DNA of 64,000 nt from a virus: IMG/VR virus record IMGVR_UViG_3300047496_000213, positions 17,817-81,816 of that record, one strand, 5' to 3'. Below, one piece after another: positions 58,341-64,000 of this stretch. The translations under genes and the position numbers were made by a program. Each line of letters opens with the position of its first letter. Position 1 is the first letter of the stretch. The notes beneath the pieces were generated by a model. That model saw only the letters and a list, made by a program, of their open reading frames with translations, was not told the origin of the DNA and searched no databases.

Positions 58341-58934
58341 ATGATCAAACGCTCTATTGTCTTGGTAGCATCTTTGTGTATGTTGTCGTTCGCGGTTCCG
58401 GCATCAGCCCAAAGTCTGGATTGTCAAAAACTCGATTTGACAAGTATGACGCCCGATCAAATTAGAATGGCACAAACGTTCTGTGCATCTGCGGCGCCCG
58501 CTGCTCAGGCCGCTCAAACTGCCGCTCAAATTACTCCGGACAAGGTGCGAGAATGGGCCAGCATCGGTAAGGATTTCTCGACGGCTATTGTTGAGACTGC
58601 CAATGGTCTAGGCCAGACTGCAAACCAATTTCTATTTACTCCAGTAGGCATCATGATTGCCTTCTACTTCATGTGGGGCAAGATTGGTGGAATAATCATT
58701 GGCATTCCTTTGCTAATTTCTTTGTGGTTTCTTTATGCATTCATTTGTGGTCGCTTCGGAAAAGCCTCAATAGAGTATGAGAATATTCCAATTTTTGGTG
58801 GAGTTTTTACCACCAGAAAAATCAAAAAAATTGAATATGACAAAGAAAGCGAAGAAATTACACGGCTTTGGGGGTTAATGGCTATTCCCACTTTGGGTAT
58901 AAGTGCGCTTATTATATTCAACCTGATCTTTTAA
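58341..58934 (+). CDS. Secreted/membrane protein
   Basis: Signal peptide (..PASA) plus 2-3 TM segments. Confidence 0.75.
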   Translation: MIKRSIVLVASLCMLSFAVPASAQSLDCQKLDLTSMTPDQIRMAQTFCASAAPAAQAAQTAAQITPDKVREWASIGKDFSTAIVETANGLGQTANQFLFTPVGIMIAFYFMWGKIGGIIIGIPLLISLWFLYAFICGRFGKASIEYENIPIFGGVFTTRKIKKIEYDKESEEITRLWGLMAIPTLGISALIIFNLIF

Positions 58935-59294
58935 ATGTCTACCTTCAAGCAACGCGAAGAAGTAAGCCGCGAACCAGATGCTATGTCTGATTCATATGAA
59001 TTCGTTAAGGTTGATCCTGACGATTTTATAGCTTTTTTGCATAGCCCGTCGATTGCACGGATGTGGAATATCGAAAAATCTCCTATTGAGTGGTATTTGG
59101 AAGACAGATTCCCAGAATATCGTTGGTCTGTATCTGGTTTGTCTATCTATAAATCTAATAGTGAATGCATTTCGCGATCCGAATTTCAAAAATGGGTCCA
59201 AAAATTCGAGACTACGTTGCTGAACTTTACTCCTGGGTATAATATATCTACAGCGGAAGTTCGAAAAATTTTGAAAGGAATTCTTGGAAAATGA
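58935..59294 (+). CDS. Hypothetical protein
   Basis: Adjacent ORF in the operon. Confidence 0.6.
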   Translation: MSTFKQREEVSREPDAMSDSYEFVKVDPDDFIAFLHSPSIARMWNIEKSPIEWYLEDRFPEYRWSVSGLSIYKSNSECISRSEFQKWVQKFETTLLNFTPGYNISTAEVRKILKGILGK

Positions 59295-59454
59295 TTACTG
59301 ACACTGATATCGATAGGGCCGCCGAAGTCATTTATAATGATTTCTTTGGTGCTCGTGTAGGTGAACTCTGGGAAACCCTACCCGACGACGCAATCATAAA
59401 GATACAGTGTCGTGCAACAGCTAAAGCCGCTGTAAATGCGGCATTGAAGTCAAC

Positions 59455-59868
59455 ATGAATAATATAATTGATATTTCAAAAATTCGAAAAGAAAAAGAAG
59501 ATAATGATCTTCAAAAAGAACTTAACGATATTTGGGATGCGGCGGTAAATAGCGGGATAATTTATACGAATACAGATGCAGATAATCTCTTCCAGGCGCG
59601 CTTAAGAGATAAAGTAGTTAGTATTTTAGAACAAAAAAATTTAATAAATGTCGAAGAAGCCTGTCAGGAAACAGTAATGAGAAAGTTATCAACTATATTG
59701 TATGATGAAGATGCTATTAAACCAGACTTAAACAAATTAGCAGAACTGATTGCTGAAGAATTCAATTTCAGTATAGGATATCTCATTTCTATTATGGCAA
59801 ATCGTAGATTAGATATAGAGAAACCGTGGATGAGTTTTATGATAAAACTACATTTAAAAACCGCCTAA
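59455..59868 (+). CDS. Hypothetical protein
   Basis: MNNIIDISK start. Confidence 0.6.
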   Translation: MNNIIDISKIRKEKEDNDLQKELNDIWDAAVNSGIIYTNTDADNLFQARLRDKVVSILEQKNLINVEEACQETVMRKLSTILYDEDAIKPDLNKLAELIAEEFNFSIGYLISIMANRRLDIEKPWMSFMIKLHLKTA

Positions 59869-60096
59869 ACCGCCGCCACCCGGTTCTTCTATTGGGCTGT
59901 ACATAATTCCCAAAAGGTCTTGACGCTTCAACGCTTCGGACTTTTTCAAAGATCGCATCAATTTTAATCTATTGAGAATAGCTAAAGTTAGAACTGGTTT
60001 GCGTGTATCGTCAAAGTGGCGAGCATTATACGAATCTTGAGACGGATTGTAATAACCTGTCGCTACTTGTGCTTGATCAAATTCTAAAAGTTTCAT
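59854..60096 (-). CDS. Small late protein of the head cluster
   Basis: TATAAATA 5 nt before ATG; DTRKP.LTL..LNRL...MY motif. Confidence 0.7.
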   Translation of the reverse strand: MKLLEFDQAQVATGYYNPSQDSYNARHFDDTRKPVLTLAILNRLKLMRSLKKSEALKRQDLLGIMYSPIEEPGGGGLGGF

Positions 60097-60262
60097 AATA
60101 TTATTTATACAAAAATCGCTTGACTACTTTAAGAACTATATTATAATGAACAAATAATCAGATGCATAGGAGATAAAATATGAAGTTCCTTAGAAATCCT
60201 TCTGTTATCGACTTTTCGAGTATTGTCAAGGTCGTCAGCAAGCCAAGCTAGGTCGTGATGAT

Positions 60263-60532
60263 ATGGAAATTAAAACCGTTGGGTATAGTTATGATGACAT
60301 GGACAATCGGACTGGTCGTATCTACGTTAACGGCGTAGAAATCGGCCATGTTTCACAGGAAGAAGCCACTTGGGCTGGTGTCGATGCTCTAAAGCGTGTG
60401 GCCAATGGTCTAGCGAAGCTCGCGGGTATCCAACTGGAAAATGTTGATGCTCCCTTTGAAGAGGAAGACGATGAAGAATGGCTTCTTCAATGGCGCTTCT
60501 TCAATGGCAATCCGGACAGCAATAGCGTGTGA
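60263..60532 (+). CDS. Hypothetical protein
   Basis: ORF downstream of a TTGACT..TATAAT promoter. Confidence 0.6.
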   Translation: MEIKTVGYSYDDMDNRTGRIYVNGVEIGHVSQEEATWAGVDALKRVANGLAKLAGIQLENVDAPFEEEDDEEWLLQWRFFNGNPDSNSV

Positions 60533-60540
60533 TACGACTG

Positions 60541-61005
60541 TTAAAACAAGGATGAGACTATATTCATTTTTATTCTCATTTCATTCATAGTTGATAATTT
60601 ATTTTTATAATCTTGATATTTTTTGAAACTATAATGAACATGCCCTTGTTTATTCAAAATTCGCAGTTCATCTAATAATTCTTTTTCTGTATGAGGAATA
60701 ATCAATGGGGTATTGAACTCTTTTATTACATCTTCTGGATTTACTTTTCCTCTAATATCATAAATATTTCCATTAGCCTCAACAGCAAAATGACTCCAAA
60801 GCCATTGAGTTGATTTATCGCGACTATATCTATTATGTGGTCCTGGTTCTTCGCAAAATGCTACAATTTCACAATTAATATTTCGTTTTTTAAGAAAGCG
60901 ATATAAAGACAACGCAAATGTTCCACAAAGACCACAAGTCGCATCCTCTACATCATCTCTACTATAAGAACAATTCTTAATCATTTCATCTATGCTATCG
61001 ATCAT
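60541..61005 (-). CDS. Putative papain/transglutaminase-like Cys-His-Asp protein
   Basis: GLCGTFA, WSHFAV, IYDIRG. Confidence 0.5.
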   Translation of the reverse strand: MIDSIDEMIKNCSYSRDDVEDATCGLCGTFALSLYRFLKKRNINCEIVAFCEEPGPHNRYSRDKSTQWLWSHFAVEANGNIYDIRGKVNPEDVIKEFNTPLIIPHTEKELLDELRILNKQGHVHYSFKKYQDYKNKLSTMNEMRIKMNIVSSLF

Positions 61006-61835
61006 ACTTCAACCAATACATAACCATTAAGATTATCAAACAATAACTTTATACGAGCGTTTAATTCTTTTTCTAATTGATCAGAAATAATAGAATTCTT
61101 AGGTAATTCAAGTATTACTTTGCCCTTTATCAAGTATTGAGCTATAAGTTCTGGAAAAACTTCAAACTCACCACTTACCCGATTGTTTCTAGCCGATGCA
61201 GAAGTCATTGGAATATCAACTGCATAAAACCCGCCTCCCCATTCCGTTTCATATTCATCGTCAGCAGTATCCGCTAAATAATCATCTTTTTCATCATCTA
61301 AAAATTCTGATCCACCTTGTTTTACGCAAGTTTTGTTTATATCTGATAGCATTTTTCCGAAGTTTGAAGATTCCCATTTACCAGCTATACCATCTTGCAG
61401 AGAATGTCCGATTTTATGAGCCAAAATCCAAGGTGTAAGAGCTATTTTGGCGTTTGTATTACCAGTAATATCAATAAAAGGCGAAAGATTTGAAAGTAAT
61501 AATACCTTAATCTTTCCGGGTTGACCAACATATTCCTGACCCATAAAAGTAAATTGGCGATGAAACCCGGCTCTTAATCTTATAGCCTCGTCATCAACTT
61601 CATCATTTATAGCTTCATCGTCTGCATCGGTAACATCAGAATTTATAATAAAAACTTCGAAAACATGCGGCGTTCTTGAAAAAGCTTTGAACATTCTTGG
61701 ACGAAAATCTGGTTTCTGCATTTTTATGCTATCGAACGACCCGAAACTGTTAGTTGTATTTGGATCGCCAACCACTGTTAGATCAGCCATAGGAGCTTCA
61801 TTGAGCCCTTCAACAATCTTGATAAATTCGCGCAT
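61002..61835 (-). CDS. Zincin-like protein (HKxxH) with MREFIKIVE leader
   Basis: WILAHKIGH and downstream EVFPELIAQY; TAAATA 6 nt before ATG. Confidence 0.6.
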   Translation of the reverse strand: MREFIKIVEGLNEAPMADLTVVGDPNTTNSFGSFDSIKMQKPDFRPRMFKAFSRTPHVFEVFIINSDVTDADDEAINDEVDDEAIRLRAGFHRQFTFMGQEYVGQPGKIKVLLLSNLSPFIDITGNTNAKIALTPWILAHKIGHSLQDGIAGKWESSNFGKMLSDINKTCVKQGGSEFLDDEKDDYLADTADDEYETEWGGGFYAVDIPMTSASARNNRVSGEFEVFPELIAQYLIKGKVILELPKNSIISDQLEKELNARIKLLFDNLNGYVLVEV

Positions 61836-61853
61836 CGATGATATTTATCAAAT

Positions 61854-62540
61854 ATGAAAACATTTCGGGTTTCAACTTCCTCATTCGCTGATGACTGGCC
61901 GCCTCATTATCCATCTATTACAGTAGAGATTGAAGCTAAATCTTATAGAGATGCTTTTGAAAAAAGTATTCCTCTGTTTATAAGTAATGACAATTTTCAT
62001 TACTCATATAATGATGAAATAATATTAGTCGTATATGGAACAACAAATTTTTTCCAAATATACAAAAAAGATAAAAATAACGTTACTACTTTTTTCCCTG
62101 ATTATCCTATAAAATATAATTATATAGTAAAACAAGAAATAGTTCATACATGTTCAGGTAAATTTAAACCTATTGGAGCCAAAAAAAGTAGAGCTTTTCA
62201 TTATCAAGTAATGAAAAGAACTTCCAGATTAGGTAAAGAATCTTTCACTATAATCAAAAAAATAGAAAATTACCGGCCTTTAGAAGATTTCATAGAATCC
62301 ATAAGTAAATCCGCATTCGATAAGTTTGTAAATCCAAATGATGTATGTTTCGATCATATGATATACTATGACGATATGGAAAAAAAGGATGATTTCTTTG
62401 CTTATTTCGATAAAGTAGTTCCATTAGGAAGATGGACAATGGTTCCATTTCCTTTTAGAGATGAAGGTATCGAGGATTGGAAAGTATATATCCTGTTTGA
62501 AAATGTTACCGATGCAATCATGGCTAAATTATCAGTGTGA
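61854..62540 (+). CDS. Hypothetical protein, possible distant 'LFKMF'-family member
   Basis: C-terminal GRWT...YILFENVTDAIMAKL. Confidence 0.6.
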   Translation: MKTFRVSTSSFADDWPPHYPSITVEIEAKSYRDAFEKSIPLFISNDNFHYSYNDEIILVVYGTTNFFQIYKKDKNNVTTFFPDYPIKYNYIVKQEIVHTCSGKFKPIGAKKSRAFHYQVMKRTSRLGKESFTIIKKIENYRPLEDFIESISKSAFDKFVNPNDVCFDHMIYYDDMEKKDDFFAYFDKVVPLGRWTMVPFPFRDEGIEDWKVYILFENVTDAIMAKLSV

Positions 62541-64000
62541 TTACATAGGTGGGGCCTGACCGCCAGCCGGTGGCGGTGCTGCTGGACCGGCGCCTGGACC
62601 TGGAGCTTGGCCGCCTTCTGGTGGTGGGCCGCCTTCTTCTCCACCCATATCTTCTCCACCAAACTCATCCATGTCTCCCATACCACCTTCTGGCATGTGA
62701 AATCCAACATCCCCGAGATCACCTTCTGGATTACTATCAGCGGGCGTTTCTCCGGTAACTTTCTTGAGTTTATCAGCATTTTCTTCTGCCCACATTCTTT
62801 CATTTTCCAAGATTTCATCTTCGGTCAAGTTTAAGAATCTCTTCAATTTGAAACGTTCAGATAGTTTTTTGTTTTCTGCTACCTGTTGATAGACACTGAC
62901 TTGTTGAGAATCCAATTCAATTTGACGATATTTGGTAAAGTTTTGTGGTGGATTGAAACGCAATTCGAACAAATTGCTTTCAATTTCAATACCATTACCT
63001 TTCAAAAATTCCTTGAACTTTTGATCAAAATTAGGAGAAAGCAAAGCTTGCAGACGCATACAATATTTGTTGAAACGGAATTCTTGAATAACAGCCGCCC
63101 CCAATTTTCCATCATTATATCCAGCACCTTGTGATCCTGTTTCTTCGTCTCCAAGGGACAAATATGACGTTGGGATACGAAGACCCCGAGCCATTTTTTT
63201 AGCAAACCAACTTAAATCGCCAATTTCTCCTAAATTATCACCACCCGGAAGAACTTCAACCGACGATCCACGACCCTCTAATCCAACGGCAAAGAAATAA
63301 TCATCGCAAATTGCAAGAGGATTATATGCAGCATCTATTATACTTCCTCCTGTTCCTGAGTTTTTTGTAAAAATTCCACCTTCTATTGCAAAAGTATGAA
63401 AATTATGAAATTCTTCTCTTCCATCAACAGTAATAGTTCCGGTATCTTCTAGTTCTTCACACCACTCCATTTTAACTAATTTGTGATTTAGTAAACTTTG
63501 TTTATTTTTGAAATCACTATAGCTGGAAAATCCATTATTTTTGATCATTGTTTTTATCAAATCTGGTCCGAATTTATTTTTCTTGGAGTTATTTGTGTCC
63601 TGAAACAATTTGATAAATTTTTCATCTTTTTGCATAGATTTGTAAATGAAACCAACTTCATGCTTATTAAACGGCAAGTTTTTTTCAACTTCAGTATAAT
63701 GATTTCGTAAAATATTAAACATTTCATGATTAAAATTGTATTTTACACATGAATTTCGATTTCCAAGAAACTTTTGATTAGGGTTTTTATTACAAAAATC
63801 TCTCCAATTTTTGTAACCTACCCATTTTAATAATTCATAAATATATCTATCACACACAAATAATTTTCTGGATGTGGGGTTATTTACATGAACCAAATCA
63901 AATTCTTTATTCCATTCTGGATTTATTTTTAGTTCTGCAATAAGTTTTCGCATCGTAGAAGCAGAAGAATTCATGTATTTTTGTAAAACTATGTCATATA
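62541..64000 (-). CDS. Portal protein (T4 gp20-like), 5' partial, intein-containing
   Basis: YNPL..DDYFF....GRGS.VE.LPGG.NLGEI.DL, LRIP.SYL, EFRFNKYC.RLQ; the frame is open to the window edge. Confidence 0.9.
   Translation of the reverse strand, partial: YDIVLQKYMNSSASTMRKLIAELKINPEWNKEFDLVHVNNPTSRKLFVCDRYIYELLKWVGYKNWRDFCNKNPNQKFLGNRNSCVKYNFNHEMFNILRNHYTEVEKNLPFNKHEVGFIYKSMQKDEKFIKLFQDTNNSKKNKFGPDLIKTMIKNNGFSSYSDFKNKQSLLNHKLVKMEWCEELEDTGTITVDGREEFHNFHTFAIEGGIFTKNSGTGGSIIDAAYNPLAICDDYFFAVGLEGRGSSVEVLPGGDNLGEIGDLSWFAKKMARGLRIPTSYLSLGDEETGSQGAGYNDGKLGAAVIQEFRFNKYCMRLQALLSPNFDQKFKEFLKGNGIEIESNLFELRFNPPQNFTKYRQIELDSQQVSVYQQVAENKKLSERFKLKRFLNLTEDEILENERMWAEENADKLKKVTGETPADSNPEGDLGDVGFHMPEGGMGDMDEFGGEDMGGEEGGPPPEGGQAPGPGAGPAAPPPAGGQAPPM
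63360..64000 (-). mobile_element. Intein (C-terminal part) in the portal gene
   Basis: Block F/G EDTGTITVDG...HTFAIEGGIFTKN followed by S+1 (SGTGG), where portal sequence resumes. Confidence 0.8.

Overview
This 64 kb window comes from a large, AT-rich, T4-related (jumbo-type) myophage. The host is probably an alphaproteobacterium, inferred from a phage-encoded Ros/MucR. The right third holds the head module on the minus strand: a portal gene with an intein running off the window edge, an acidic prohead-core protein, a gp21-like protease, a gp22-like scaffold and a gp23-like major capsid protein. This module is interleaved with homing-endonuclease-like genes and opposite-strand early genes. 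The centre holds a clamp loader with an Ala1 class 3 intein, GroES, a mini-DnaE, thymidine kinase, PhoH, NADAR, MucR and a four-enzyme deamidating NAD+ salvage cluster (NadM-Nudix, PncB, PncA, glutamine-dependent NadE). Two candidate systems stand out. (1) The NAD cluster may be a phage NAD+ reconstitution route distinct from NARP1 and NARP2. (2) At least 11 scattered, otherwise unrelated genes (2 of them broken) share an N-terminal MR(E/Q/K)(W/F/Y)Ix(L/I)xE-type leader that resembles a T4 capsid-targeting/gp21-cleavage signal. Nearly all of them have a TAAATA late promoter 4-6 nt before the ATG, which implies leaderless mRNA, and the leader is fused to variable effector domains (4-5 ADP-ribosyltransferase-like, GNAT, zincin-like, Zn finger). 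This suggests a modular head-packaged effector arsenal. No tRNA, rRNA or CRISPR array was recognised. All calls come from motif reading by eye; no searches were run.
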